The notes: a model not told the origin generated them from the letters alone. A stretch of 64,000 nucleotides of DNA from an uncultured bacterium (GCA_903821355.1 CAIJKW010000018.1:1453-65452), one strand, 5' to 3'; positions 1 through 9,980 are shown, numbered from the stretch's first letter. Program-made: numbers and translations.

Positions 1-19
1 TTATTAATAATCAATCAAC

Positions 20-379
20 ATGGATCAAACACAAAACAATTCGAATCATTTAACAGCTGACGAAATAGCTTCTCTTCATGGTGAGGATTTAAAAAGAGCT
101 CTCAGTGAAAGATTGCAGGGGTTTAAAGATGGGGTTGCTCAAATAGATTCTTCACTTGAAAGTGTTAAAGAAGAGGTTGATAACATGCCGGAAGTTGATG
201 AAAAAAAGGTTAATAAAGAAGATGATGTGGTGATTGCTGAAATGGTAAAGAAGTTAGACGAAGACTTAAATTCTGCAGCGGTTGACTTGGCCACGGATGA
301 CCAAATACTAGAGGATGTTAACAGTGTTGATGAAAACGAGGGTGACTCCGAAGATTTGGATACGGAGCCAATAGCCTAA
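20..379 (+). CDS. Hypothetical, strongly acidic (D/E-rich) 119-aa protein
   Basis: Complete ORF with ATG at 20; highly acidic composition and no recognisable motif; hairpin plus T-run terminator at about 405-440. Confidence 0.4.
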   Translation: MDQTQNNSNHLTADEIASLHGEDLKRALSERLQGFKDGVAQIDSSLESVKEEVDNMPEVDEKKVNKEDDVVIAEMVKKLDEDLNSAAVDLATDDQILEDVNSVDENEGDSEDLDTEPIA

Positions 380-507
380 ATATATATTTTACTTCTGGGG
401 CTATAAGAAAGCAGGGCACACTCCCTGTTTTCTTTTTGCCCTGTTTTTTATCCCATAAAGGTATATAATATCGATATAAATTATACAGTTAATAACCAAT
501 AAGAAAT

Positions 508-1815
508 ATGTTTGAATTTTTAAAACACAAGAATGTTGTGGAAGAGGCTAACAAAGAGACTTTAACAACTAATTCTTCCGAAACCGTAAATGATTTGGGT
601 TTAGAAACTGAAGGTGAAAATAATCTAGAGTTGTTCTACAAAACACCAGGATATGAAGAAGCTAAGGGTGTGTATGATATTGTTGGCCAAGAAGATTTTC
701 TTATCGAATTACAGAGCCAGATTACAGAAGCAGGCTCTCAAGATGAAGATATAAATAATATACTCGTCGAGACAGACTTGGGTGCTGAAAATACAGAACT
801 TATCATGGAAGTAAAGCCAGAAGATGTTGCTGATTCTATTTTGGCAGAACAAACAGGACAAGTTGTCGGCGCTGAAGACGTCGGAGCAACACAAGGTCTT
901 GTTCATTTTGGAAAGAACATAGGAAAAAACCTACTAGTGCCAGCTGCTGCAGCCTTAACCCTTGCTTTCATTTCCTGCGACAATTCAAGAGATAAATACC
1001 CTCGTTATAAGGCAGATGCAGATGAAAAAGAAAACGTAGAAGGTGGTGTTACAAAGCAAGCAGAAACTTCGTCAAAAACAGAAACATCAACAACACAAAC
1101 TGAGTCAACAAAGACTGTTGAAAAGACTACAGATGTAAAGCCAGAAGAGGTAAAACCAGCAGAAATAAAACCTCAACCCCAAACTGAGAACGCTGTTCCA
1201 ACATCACCAGCTGTTGAAAAAGTTAGAGGACAAACAGTAGAGTCAACACTCCCAACAAGAAGAGGGGTGGCGGAGGTTTATGAAAAATTTGCTCCAGAAA
1301 TGTTGCCTTCAGGCGATCCTGTTTATGGTTATTTAACATTGAATGATGCGACAGCTGAGGCTGCAGCCAAGGGTGGTTTGAAACCCCTTCCAGAGCTTGG
1401 TATATATTCACTAGAGGTTGCAAAAAATCCAGAAAAACAAGGCATACCATTTAAATCGGTTTGGATTTTAAAGTTGAGCGAAGGAAAACTGCCAAAACCT
1501 CTAATAAAAGATGCGTCCTTTACTAGTTATATAAGTAAAACTCCCAATGGTGTTTTTCATATAAAAAATGAGAATCTTGCTAAATATAAAGCAGATTTAG
1601 CAAAAAGTATTAAAGCATCATCTGTAGACAGGGCAGGAAAATTTAGCCAAGAAGTATACAGAAGAAAGATGGAAGAAACGGCTGGTTTTTCAACAGATGA
1701 ATTGAACACAATTCTTAAATGGCTAAATGCCAAAGAAGCAGAAAGGGCGAGTCTTGTAGATAAGTGGGTTAAACCATATCAAAACAGGACGGGTACTATA
1801 AAAGATAATAAATAA
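508..1815 (+). CDS. Hypothetical membrane-anchored protein: acidic N-terminal region, internal TM segment, Thr-rich linker, C-terminal domain
   Basis: 435-aa ORF; hydrophobic stretch NLLVPAAAALTLAFIS; TETSTTQTESTKT low-complexity linker. Confidence 0.45.
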   Translation: MFEFLKHKNVVEEANKETLTTNSSETVNDLGLETEGENNLELFYKTPGYEEAKGVYDIVGQEDFLIELQSQITEAGSQDEDINNILVETDLGAENTELIMEVKPEDVADSILAEQTGQVVGAEDVGATQGLVHFGKNIGKNLLVPAAAALTLAFISCDNSRDKYPRYKADADEKENVEGGVTKQAETSSKTETSTTQTESTKTVEKTTDVKPEEVKPAEIKPQPQTENAVPTSPAVEKVRGQTVESTLPTRRGVAEVYEKFAPEMLPSGDPVYGYLTLNDATAEAAAKGGLKPLPELGIYSLEVAKNPEKQGIPFKSVWILKLSEGKLPKPLIKDASFTSYISKTPNGVFHIKNENLAKYKADLAKSIKASSVDRAGKFSQEVYRRKMEETAGFSTDELNTILKWLNAKEAERASLVDKWVKPYQNRTGTIKDNK

Positions 1816-1858
1816 AGACATTCTCGTTACAATCAACGGGTTTTGACATCACTAATTC

Positions 1859-2362
1859 ATGTATAAGACAACATCGTACTCACTTGAAGAAACCAAAAAA
1901 TTTGCAAATCTTGTTTTAAGTGAGGTTTTTCAAATTAGAAAAGAAAAACCAGAAAATAAGGCTCTATTGCTAGTTTTAAGGGGAGACCTTGGATCTGGAA
2001 AAACAGCTTTTACAAAATGTATTGGAGAAATTCTGGGAATTAAGGATGAAATAACAAGCCCGACATTTACCATAGAAAAGAGGTATAATATAAAAGGTGG
2101 AGACAGAGATCTTTGTGGTGTAGAGTCATTGATTCATATCGACGCTTTTAGACTAGAGTCTGGCAATGAAATTTTGGGAATAGATTTTAGTGAAACCCTG
2201 AAAGACCCCAAAAATCTTATTTGTTTTGAATGGCCAGAGATGGTTTCCGATATTGATATTCTGCCAACAAACGCTCCTATTGTTGAGTTTGAGTTTGTTG
2301 ATGAAAATACAAGAAAAATGTATTTCAGCCCATCACCAAACACCACACTAGAGGAGTTGTAA
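1859..2362 (+). CDS. tsaE: tRNA threonylcarbamoyladenosine biosynthesis ATPase TsaE (YjeE)
   Basis: P-loop RGDLGSGKTAF followed by SPTFTI, characteristic of TsaE; size 167 aa. Confidence 0.75.
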   Translation: MYKTTSYSLEETKKFANLVLSEVFQIRKEKPENKALLLVLRGDLGSGKTAFTKCIGEILGIKDEITSPTFTIEKRYNIKGGDRDLCGVESLIHIDAFRLESGNEILGIDFSETLKDPKNLICFEWPEMVSDIDILPTNAPIVEFEFVDENTRKMYFSPSPNTTLEEL

Positions 2363-2367
2363 AAATA

Positions 2368-4902
2368 ATGATAAAAAAAACCAAGATATTAGAAAAAATA
2401 AAAAAAGATGACAGCGTGAAAGAAAAGGTGGTGGATGGTAAAAAGAAAACCTTGGTACTGCTTGATTCGCATGCGATTATTCATCGTGGTTATCATGCGT
2501 TGCCAGATTTTGCCACATCCAAGGGTGTGCCAACTGGCGCGCTCTATGGTCTTTCGTCAATGTTAATTGGAATCATTGAAAAATTTAGCCCAGATTATAT
2601 TGTTGCTTGTTATGATTTGCCTCAGCCTACCTATAGACATGAAGCTTACAAGGACTACAAGGCAGGTAGAAAAAAGAGCGATGGGGAATTGGTGGAACAG
2701 CTGAAATCATCTCGTAAAATTTTTGAGAATTTTAACATTCCAATGTACGACAAACCTGGGTTTGAGGCGGATGACATACTTGGAACTATCGTTGAGCAGA
2801 CAAAAGATATATCAAATCTAAATATTGTTATTGCATCAGGGGATATGGACACACTACAACTTGTTCGTGACAAAGAGGTTCAAGTTTTTACTCTAAAGAA
2901 GGGGATTAAGGATACTGTGACATATGATGAAGACGCTGTGGTTGAGCGATTTGGTTTTTTGCCAAAATATTTGCCAGATTACAAGGGACTTAGGGGTGAT
3001 ACATCTGATAATATTATTGGAATTGTTGGCATTGGAGAAAAAACAGCTACAACTCTAATTTCCCATTTCAAAACCATAGAAAATATTTATAAGGTTTTGA
3101 ATGATCGTAAAAAAGATGGCGCTCAAGAGTTTAAAAAACTTGGTATTACCGATAGAATAATTGAACTTCTAAAAAATGGAGAAGATGAAGCTGTATTTAG
3201 TAAAATGCTCGCGACAATCAGACGCGATGCTCCAATTAAGTTTGAATTGTTGGAGAAAACATGGAAAGAGTCTTTTGATATTAATAAAGCTGAGCAGATT
3301 TTTGACGAATTTGAATTTCGTACACTTGGCGCAAGATTAAAAAACATTATGCAGAAGCAGGGTGTTGATGTTTCTGGTAATAACGCATCAGGCGGTGGTC
3401 TATTTGATGCGACCGTTGACGGCAATATTAATTCTACAATACCAACATCGGTTGAAGTTCTAGAAGACATCAGTGATGAGCAAAAGAAAAAGGTTTGTAT
3501 TGCTTTGTGGGTTTTAAATTCCAGTCTAACAAATCCATCGTATGAGGATGTCTTAAGGTATACAAAATCAAAAAAATATGAAGATATAGAAAAATATCTT
3601 CTAAAAGAGATTGAAAAACAAGGATTAAATAGGGTTTTAAATGAGATTGAATTACCACTAATCCCTGTGATTTCAAAAATGGAGGAAGATGGAATTTTGC
3701 TTGATAAAAAATATCTAAAAAAACTATCTGAAGATTATCATGTTGAATTGAGTAGATTGGAAAAAGAAATTTGGAAAATGGCCGGAAGAGAGTTTAATAT
3801 TGATTCACCAAAACAACTCGGTGTTGTAATTTTTGAAGAAATGAATTTGGGAGATGGAATGGGTGCAAAACGTCTCAAAAAAACCGCGTCGGGTGCTCGT
3901 TCGACAAAAGAATCTGAATTGGAAAAATTAAAAGGTGTTCATCCTGTGATTGATAAAATTTTGGAATATAGAGAATTAGCAAAACTACTCTCTACCTACA
4001 TTGACCCATTACCACTTCTTACGGATTCAAAAAATAGGCTACATGCAAAATTTCTACAAGCAGGCACAACAACAGGGAGAATGTCATCGCAAAATCCTAA
4101 TTTACAAAACATTCCAACAAAGACTGATTTAGGAAGGAGGGTTAGGGGCGGATTCATTGCAGACAAAGGTTCTGTCTTGCTTGCTTTTGATTATTCTCAA
4201 ATAGAACTTAGAATTGCTGCAATAATGTCTGGCGATAAAAACTTGATAGAAATTTTCAAAAAAGGACAAGATGTTCACACCGGTGTCGCTTCAAAAGTTT
4301 TTAAGGTCAAAGAAAATGAGGTGACTAAAGACATGCGAAGACAAGCAAAGGTTATTAACTTTGGAATATTGTACGGGATGGGGGTAAACGCACTTAAAAC
4401 AAATCTTGGAAGCACTAAAGATGAAGCTCAAACTTTTTATAATGAATATTTTAAAACTTTCTCACGTGTCGCTGAGTTTTTGGAAGAGACAAAAAGATTT
4501 GCTGAGCAAAATGGTTACACAGAGACACTGTTTGGTCGCAGGCGTTATTTTGAGGGTATTAGGTCTAAACTACCGTTCATTAGAGCTGCTGCTGAGCGTA
4601 TGGCCATTAACGCGCCAATTCAAGGTACTTCTGCTGATATAATTAAAATAAGTATGCGTAAGATATTTGATTATATTAATGATTCCAAAAACAAAGAGGT
4701 TTATGGTCGAGTTAAAATGCTTTTGCAGGTTCATGATGAATTGGTTTTTGAAGTTGTAGATGATAAAGATTTTATAAAGAACATATCAAAACAAATTCAA
4801 AATCTTATGCAGGATGTTTTGAGTGTGGAGCAATCCAAGGGCGTGCCGATTGTAACATCGTCAAATATTGGATTAAATTGGGGAGAAATGAAGGATTTGT
4901 AA
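2368..4902 (+). CDS. polA: DNA polymerase I (5'-3' exonuclease plus polymerase domains)
   Basis: 844 aa; N-terminal 5'-nuclease region; polymerase motifs RRQAKVINFGILYG and LLQVHDELVFEV. Confidence 0.9.
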   Translation: MIKKTKILEKIKKDDSVKEKVVDGKKKTLVLLDSHAIIHRGYHALPDFATSKGVPTGALYGLSSMLIGIIEKFSPDYIVACYDLPQPTYRHEAYKDYKAGRKKSDGELVEQLKSSRKIFENFNIPMYDKPGFEADDILGTIVEQTKDISNLNIVIASGDMDTLQLVRDKEVQVFTLKKGIKDTVTYDEDAVVERFGFLPKYLPDYKGLRGDTSDNIIGIVGIGEKTATTLISHFKTIENIYKVLNDRKKDGAQEFKKLGITDRIIELLKNGEDEAVFSKMLATIRRDAPIKFELLEKTWKESFDINKAEQIFDEFEFRTLGARLKNIMQKQGVDVSGNNASGGGLFDATVDGNINSTIPTSVEVLEDISDEQKKKVCIALWVLNSSLTNPSYEDVLRYTKSKKYEDIEKYLLKEIEKQGLNRVLNEIELPLIPVISKMEEDGILLDKKYLKKLSEDYHVELSRLEKEIWKMAGREFNIDSPKQLGVVIFEEMNLGDGMGAKRLKKTASGARSTKESELEKLKGVHPVIDKILEYRELAKLLSTYIDPLPLLTDSKNRLHAKFLQAGTTTGRMSSQNPNLQNIPTKTDLGRRVRGGFIADKGSVLLAFDYSQIELRIAAIMSGDKNLIEIFKKGQDVHTGVASKVFKVKENEVTKDMRRQAKVINFGILYGMGVNALKTNLGSTKDEAQTFYNEYFKTFSRVAEFLEETKRFAEQNGYTETLFGRRRYFEGIRSKLPFIRAAAERMAINAPIQGTSADIIKISMRKIFDYINDSKNKEVYGRVKMLLQVHDELVFEVVDDKDFIKNISKQIQNLMQDVLSVEQSKGVPIVTSSNIGLNWGEMKDL

Positions 4903-4918
4903 AACAACAATACACAAC

Positions 4919-5641
4919 ATGCTTTATTTACTACACGGTACAAACACAAACAAAGTCAGGGCTAAACAAAAAGAGCTTATTGGTATTATGCAAAGCAAGC
5001 AACCTGATGTTTCTTTGTATAAAATAGCGCAGGAAAATTGGAATGAAAATATTTTGGACGAACTTCTAGGAAGCCAGGGGTTGTTTTTGGCCAAGTACAT
5101 TGTAACCCTTGACGGGCTTCTGGAGAATAAGGAAATTGCACCATCTATCATCGGTATTTTAAACGATTTAAAGGAAAGTGATCATGCTTGGATAATTATA
5201 GAAGAAAAAATTAGTGCACCCAATCTTAAAAAGTTAGAGAAGTTTGTTTTTAAGACTTTTGATTTTAATAACAGTAGTGGCACAGATGAAAAGAAACAAA
5301 GAATAAATGCCTTTAATTTTGCAGAACAGTTTGCTTCCAAAAATAAAGTAGGAGCTTGGAATGAGTTTTTAAAATTAAAAGAAGCTGAACTTGCGGGGGA
5401 GGAGATACATGGAGTGTTGTGGTGGCAGATGAAGTCTGTTTATTTAGCAAAATTTTGTAAAACGGTTGATGATACTGGGTTGACCCCATATTCCTATCAG
5501 AAAGCGCTTAGGTTCTCCAAGGCTTGGGAAATAAAAGAAATAAATACGATATTAGATAGGTTAGTTGAAATGTATCATGAGGCACACAGAGGGAACTCTG
5601 ATTTGTTGGTCAACCTTGAAAAAGTGTCTCTGCAGCTTTAA
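4919..5641 (+). CDS. Hypothetical; weak resemblance to DNA polymerase III delta subunit (HolA-like)
   Basis: N-terminal LYLLHG pattern and position directly after polA; similarity judged by eye only. Confidence 0.3.
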   Translation: MLYLLHGTNTNKVRAKQKELIGIMQSKQPDVSLYKIAQENWNENILDELLGSQGLFLAKYIVTLDGLLENKEIAPSIIGILNDLKESDHAWIIIEEKISAPNLKKLEKFVFKTFDFNNSSGTDEKKQRINAFNFAEQFASKNKVGAWNEFLKLKEAELAGEEIHGVLWWQMKSVYLAKFCKTVDDTGLTPYSYQKALRFSKAWEIKEINTILDRLVEMYHEAHRGNSDLLVNLEKVSLQL

Positions 5642-5705
5642 CTCCTAAATATAGAAAATTTTAATATTGGAACTAAAAGGTGAAAACCATTAGACTTTGT
5701 AATTT

Positions 5706-5781
5706 GTCCGCTCGGTAGGAATCGAACCTACGACCCTCTGCTTAAAAGGCAGGTGCTCTACCGACTGAGCTACGAGCGGAT
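5706..5781 (-). tRNA. tRNA-Lys (anticodon TTT)
   Basis: Cloverleaf on the minus strand; 7-bp acceptor TCCGCTC/GAGCGGA, T-arm GGTTCGATTCC, anticodon loop CTTTTAA. Confidence 0.8.
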
Positions 5782-5851
5782 ATATTTGATCAAACTAACA
5801 TTCTTGTCTGTATTATCAAATAATGTTAAAACTATATCAAATAATCAAAAA

Positions 5852-6418
5852 ATGTCTAATATTAAGAACGATAAAGATTTAAAAAGCCATGATTCAACAA
5901 ATGGCCTGGTGGCAAAAGGTTCACGCCATCATGATTTTGAGGCTGTCGTTGTTTTGCCTGACATAAGGAGTGCCCATAATGTTGGCTCTATTTTCAGGAC
6001 ATCTGACGCTTCTGGGGTAAGTAAGATCTATCTTTCTGGCTATACCCCAACGCCTTTAAATAAATTTCATAGACCCCAACCCCAAATTACCAAGACCGCA
6101 CTTGGTGCAGAAAAAACAATTCCTTGGGAATATTTTGAGAGCCATATCGTTTTGTTAAATAAATTAAAAAAGGAAGGGTTTAAGATTATTGCTGTTGAAC
6201 AAACAATAAAATCTGTAAATTATAAAGATTTAAAAAATGACGATTTGTTTGGTGTGAATAAAAAAGTCGCGTTTGTTTTTGGGAACGAGGTTGATGGTTT
6301 GCCAAAGGTAATATTAAACAAAACAGATGTTTGTGTAGAGCTACCAATGAATGGGGCGAAAGAGTCTCTAAATGTTTCCGTGACAGCGGGAATTGTGTTA
6401 TTTCAATATTTGACTTGA
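5852..6418 (+). CDS. SpoU/TrmH-family RNA 2'-O-methyltransferase
   Basis: SpoU motifs VVLPDIRSAHNVGSIFRTSDASG and C-terminal VELPMNG..SLNVSVTAGI; the ORF-track start 5753 overlaps tRNA-Lys, so the start was moved to ATG 5852 (MSNIKND). Confidence 0.7.
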   Translation: MSNIKNDKDLKSHDSTNGLVAKGSRHHDFEAVVVLPDIRSAHNVGSIFRTSDASGVSKIYLSGYTPTPLNKFHRPQPQITKTALGAEKTIPWEYFESHIVLLNKLKKEGFKIIAVEQTIKSVNYKDLKNDDLFGVNKKVAFVFGNEVDGLPKVILNKTDVCVELPMNGAKESLNVSVTAGIVLFQYLT

Positions 6419-7398
6419 TGTTTGTCACAGTAATGAGTGCTTCTTCCTCCTACCACAATTCTTTTTATAATCGTATCTTTTTTCCCAAAGCATTCTTTTT
6501 TGCTACATTTTTGTCCTGTTTTTCTATAAGCATTATGTTTTTCTTGGAAAGAACCCTTCTCCCCATCGATGTTTCTATAATCGGACATGGAGTCGCCACC
6601 AAAATCTATTCCATTTTTTAAAACTAACAGAATGGAATCAAAGAGATTCTTTAAGGCTTTTGATTTTATTTTTTTAACAACACTTTCAGGGTGAATGTCT
6701 GCAAGCCACAGAGCTTCATCGGAATAAATATTTCCAATACCGGCAATAATTGTCTGATCAAGTAAAACCGTTTTTATTTTTCCGTTTGGTTTTTTGTTGA
6801 TTTGAGTTTTGAATATTTCAAAATCAAAATCTTTAGTTAAAGGTTCAGGTCCTAAGTGTGCCAAATCAGGGGAGTGAAAAATATTATCAGTTTTAATAAC
6901 CGTAACCTTTGCGAATTTTCTGGTATCAGAGAGAACGAGATGTTTTTCTTCGTCTGATTTTTTTGTATTTTTAGCACCATCAATTTGAAGGCTAAAAACA
7001 AGCCTGATATGGGAGTTAAAGGGGTCGTTCAGTGCTTTGTTGTTTTTGTCGGCTGGTTTCCAGGGATCCTCTTTGTTTTTGCTTTTCTGAGCATTGTTGC
7101 TTACATGGGTGTTTATATATTTACCAAACATTAGATGTCCAGTCATCTTCATGTGTATAAGAATTGTTTCTTTGTTATCAAGGTGGATTAAGATGTTTTT
7201 TGCACGACGCTCTGCTTTTAAAACTTTTGCACCAATAATTCTTTTCTTAAACTCTGTAAAAAATACTGGATCTTTTATATTTTGTTTGGATTTATAGTAT
7301 GGGCTGTTGTAAATACTCCAAATATCGATGACTTTTGCACCTTTAACTTTTTTATTTAATCCATCAACAGTTGTTTGTACTTCAGGTAGTTCTGGCAT
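6403..7398 (-). CDS. mutM: Formamidopyrimidine-DNA glycosylase (Fpg/MutM)
   Basis: N-terminal MPELPEVQT (catalytic Pro2/Glu3); C-terminal zinc finger C..C..C..C; H2TH region. Confidence 0.85.
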   Translation of the reverse strand: MPELPEVQTTVDGLNKKVKGAKVIDIWSIYNSPYYKSKQNIKDPVFFTEFKKRIIGAKVLKAERRAKNILIHLDNKETILIHMKMTGHLMFGKYINTHVSNNAQKSKNKEDPWKPADKNNKALNDPFNSHIRLVFSLQIDGAKNTKKSDEEKHLVLSDTRKFAKVTVIKTDNIFHSPDLAHLGPEPLTKDFDFEIFKTQINKKPNGKIKTVLLDQTIIAGIGNIYSDEALWLADIHPESVVKKIKSKALKNLFDSILLVLKNGIDFGGDSMSDYRNIDGEKGSFQEKHNAYRKTGQKCSKKECFGKKDTIIKRIVVGGRSTHYCDKHQVKY

Positions 7399-7457
7399 TT
7401 GATTAAATTGGTTCGTTTGTGTGTTAAAGATTACTTCAAAAATTTGGGACGTTAACT

Positions 7458-8075
7458 TTAGCTTAACATTTTAAGCGTCGCTTTTATTATTGCGCCAACA
7501 TCTTTGCTGTCTTTAGTTTCTTTAGAAACATTCTCAAGAGCCTCTCTTGCTTCTCTTTGTGTATAGCCCAGAGATTTAAGTGCCTCTAATGCTTCCACTT
7601 CAACACTTCTACCTTGCTTGTTGTATTGAGAAAGTCCTTCATCATCAGAACCTTCCTCTGTGCTCCCCAAGATTTTTCCCTTAAGTTCTAGTATAATTTT
7701 TTCAGCTATTTTTTTACTTATGCCAGACACACTCGTTAAATATGACGAATCTTGGGAAACGATAGCTTGTCTTAATTTAGTTGTGGTTGCTAAACCTAAA
7801 ATATTTAAAGCCGATTTTGGCCCTATTCCGGAGACACTGAGAAGGAGATCGAAAAAATCTAAGGATCCTTTGTTTTTAAATCCGTATAAGTCTATAGCAT
7901 CGTCCTTGACGACTGTGTGAATCCAGAGGTTTGCATGTTCACCAATACCCACTTCTGATATAAAATCAGGTGTTGTGTAAACCTTATACCCAACACCACT
8001 TAAGCCATCTCCAGTGTTTACAATCAAGAATTTATCATCTTTATAAAATATTTCTCCCTTTAGGTATCCTATCAT
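7458..8075 (-). CDS. ruvA: Holliday junction branch-migration protein RuvA
   Basis: MIGYLKGEI start; helix-hairpin-helix GIGPKSA; C-terminal domain III; 205 aa. Confidence 0.85.
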   Translation of the reverse strand: MIGYLKGEIFYKDDKFLIVNTGDGLSGVGYKVYTTPDFISEVGIGEHANLWIHTVVKDDAIDLYGFKNKGSLDFFDLLLSVSGIGPKSALNILGLATTTKLRQAIVSQDSSYLTSVSGISKKIAEKIILELKGKILGSTEEGSDDEGLSQYNKQGRSVEVEALEALKSLGYTQREAREALENVSKETKDSKDVGAIIKATLKMLS

Positions 8076-8127
8076 TCTTGTATTGTAGCATAAAAAGGCT
8101 TGTTAATTAATCAAAAGAATTGTAGTA

Positions 8128-8880
8128 TTTTATTGGAATTGGGCGGGTGCCTAATTTTTGAACAATTTGAACCCATAACACCGAAGTAACAAATGAAAAG
8201 TCTAGTTAGTTCTAGTTCTCAGGTTTTGATGAGTGGCCACGCACTAAGGAGGATGGATCAATGGAGATTGTCGCCTTGGCAAGTCGTCGACAGCTTGGCT
8301 TACGGGAGGGCTTTGGAGATAGAGTCTGGGCGGGACGATTTCCTTGCCGGCATCAAAAAGTATGGAATTTGGAATTTTGCACTTGGTCAAAGCATGACAA
8401 CTGTTGTTGCGCCAGACCATTGTATTATCACCATGTACCCGACCAGACATTTTTTCCTAGGCAAGGACCGGGTTAGATCCATATCACACCTCTCAAGAAG
8501 CCCCTACTTCTTACCAGAGCTCTCCCTTTCCATGAGCTCAAAGTTTGAGGTTTCTGTTTTGGCGCAAGAGCGGGGTGCTCCACGCTTTGCGTGCCCCAAC
8601 ACTTTTGTTGCTAGCAGAATTTGCAAATCAAACAAGACGCCCCAGGTCTTGCAACTACTCAGGTCTCGATGTTTGAAGAAGATGGTAACTTCAATTTGCA
8701 ACGAGGAGTTGGAGGGGTTAATCCCGATTGACATTCGTATAGGAGACGGGGTCAAGATTCCTCTCTCCGCTGTGTTTGAACGGCAGGACCACCAAGGCAG
8801 GACTATTTTGCCGTGGACATCCAGGAGGGATTGATGTTTCAGCCTAGATGGCCCCGCGCGTTTTACGCGCGGGGCCATTC
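8128..8880 (+). other. GC-rich island 1 (about 50% GC): no credible protein, ending in a perfect GC hairpin; candidate structured RNA or decayed foreign insert
   Basis: Sharp GC jump against about 35% flanks; overlapping ORFs on both strands (213 aa on +, 126 aa on -) with Ser/Arg/Leu/Cys/Trp-rich composition typical of non-coding GC-rich DNA; ends in ggccccgcgcg-tttta-cgcgcggggcc. Confidence 0.4.
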
Positions 8881-8940
8881 TCAATTAATCCACTCAAAAT
8901 TTGTCAAAACAACTCTTTTCTGCTATTGTTTCAAATACAT

Positions 8941-9201
8941 ATGCCAATAACCAAATCAGCAAAAAAAGCACTTAGAGGTTCAGAGAGAAAGAGAGTTGTT
9001 AATGTTCGTCGTAAGAAAAAAGTAGATACAGCCGTTAAGGATGTAAAGAAACTTACAACTACAAATAAAGCTGATGCTCAATCAGCACTTTCTAAGGCTT
9101 ACAAGGAATTAGACAAAGCTGCAAAAAACGGTCTTATAAAGAAAGGCGCAGCAGATAGAAAGAAATCAAGATTAAGTAAGATGGTAAAGAAGTTAGGATA
9201 A
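8941..9201 (+). CDS. rpsT: 30S ribosomal protein S20
   Basis: MPITKSAKKALRGSERKRVVNVRRKK matches the S20 N-terminus; start set to ATG 8941 rather than the ORF-track start 8848, which lies inside the GC island. Confidence 0.8.
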   Translation: MPITKSAKKALRGSERKRVVNVRRKKKVDTAVKDVKKLTTTNKADAQSALSKAYKELDKAAKNGLIKKGAADRKKSRLSKMVKKLG

Positions 9202-9223
9202 TATTTTTATAATCTATAAAAAC

Positions 9224-9262
9224 AAAAACCTTAGACATGGATGTCTAAGGTTTTTGTTTTGT
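9224..9262. terminator. Bidirectional rho-independent terminator between rpsT and the convergent membrane-protein gene
   Basis: aaaaccttagacat-gg-atgtctaaggttttt hairpin with T-runs on both sides. Confidence 0.6.
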
Positions 9263-9277
9263 TTGTTGAGTAAAATC

Positions 9278-9979
9278 TTACTGATTTGTGTTTAAATCAA
9301 AGGATTCCTTTTCATGAATATTTTTAAATTCATTTGAATTACCGTTTCCTTCGTCAGCATCTATTACTGTGAGGGGTGTGGGTACACCATTGTCTTCAAC
9401 TAAGACATGATTTTCCGTGCCTCTATGGTTGTTTAAACCAACATCAGCATTTTCTTCTTCTATGATCAATTCCATAATAATATCTTTTACCCTTTGTGGA
9501 TCAGAGACTTGTTCAAAGAAAAACTTATGGTCTTTACCTGCGGTTTGTATTTCTACAACGCCGTAGTTAAAAAAGGTAGGTATTAAACCCTCAATTCTAT
9601 AAGACACATCTTGTATTTTATCTAACTGTAGTTCCGCCACGTTTCTGTTAAAGAACCCTCCTTGCAAACTATCAATGATTCTTTTTGTCGTTACAATCCA
9701 ATTATCCAAAGTGTACATTGTGATTGTATAGAATAACCAAAACCACAAAACAAGATAGTATGTAACCCAAAAGAAAGAAAAAATAGATATTAGATTATAA
9801 TTTACGATAAAAGAACTTAGTACCACTAATAATACAATAGGTAAAAAGATGTAGATAATCACAAGTAATATTTGTACACTCAATGTAAACCAATGCCTGT
9901 GTAAAACCAAAACAACATCCTCTGTGTCTTCTTTTCCTTCGAAAAACCAATTTTGTTTTTTAAGTATAATTCTTGCCAT
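9278..9979 (-). CDS. Membrane protein with bacterial PH-like domain (YdbT/YdbS-like)
   Basis: Two N-terminal TM helices followed by a soluble domain; pattern VVLVLHRHWFTLS typical of bPH_2 proteins. Confidence 0.45.
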   Translation of the reverse strand: MARIILKKQNWFFEGKEDTEDVVLVLHRHWFTLSVQILLVIIYIFLPIVLLVVLSSFIVNYNLISIFSFFWVTYYLVLWFWLFYTITMYTLDNWIVTTKRIIDSLQGGFFNRNVAELQLDKIQDVSYRIEGLIPTFFNYGVVEIQTAGKDHKFFFEQVSDPQRVKDIIMELIIEEENADVGLNNHRGTENHVLVEDNGVPTPLTVIDADEGNGNSNEFKNIHEKESFDLNTNQ

Positions 9980-9980
9980 A

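Noticed and set aside
709-906. Minus-strand ORFs embedded antisense in long genes (e.g. 709-906, 2655-2873, 3123-3470, 3470-3676, 34367-34579, 40075-40497, 50466-50687, 51154-51563)
   Set aside because: Short, low-complexity, entirely inside well-supported genes on the opposite strand. These are expected AT-rich-genome antisense ORFs.
5753-5851. ORF-track start at 5753 for the SpoU methyltransferase
   Set aside because: The first 33 codons overlap tRNA-Lys on the opposite strand and are hydrophobic junk. The conserved protein starts at MSNIKND (ATG 5852).
8236-8262. Reverse complement of taaggaggatggatc resembles the 16S rRNA 3' end (GGATCACCTCCTTA)
   Set aside because: Only about 12 nt of imperfect similarity with no flanking 16S helix 45/44 sequence. 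More likely just a Shine-Dalgarno-like AAGGAGG.
8128-8880. Island 1 as RNase P RNA, tmRNA, SRP RNA or a hammerhead ribozyme
   Set aside because: The conserved cores were searched by eye and not found: P4 strands GGAAAGUCCGGGC / ACAGAANCCGGCUUA and GGUAAGAGCGCACC for RNase P; the tRNA-like GGTTCGA...TCC...CCA 3' end for tmRNA; the GGAA-capped domain IV for SRP. A TGATGAG hit lacks the matching CGAAAC. A CCAAGGCAG match to 4.5S RNA is too short to count.
8911-8939. TTGTCA-17-TATTGT as the rpsT promoter
   Set aside because: The -10 would end 1 nt before the ATG at 8941, which would place the transcription start site inside the coding sequence. The geometry is inconsistent, so it was not annotated.
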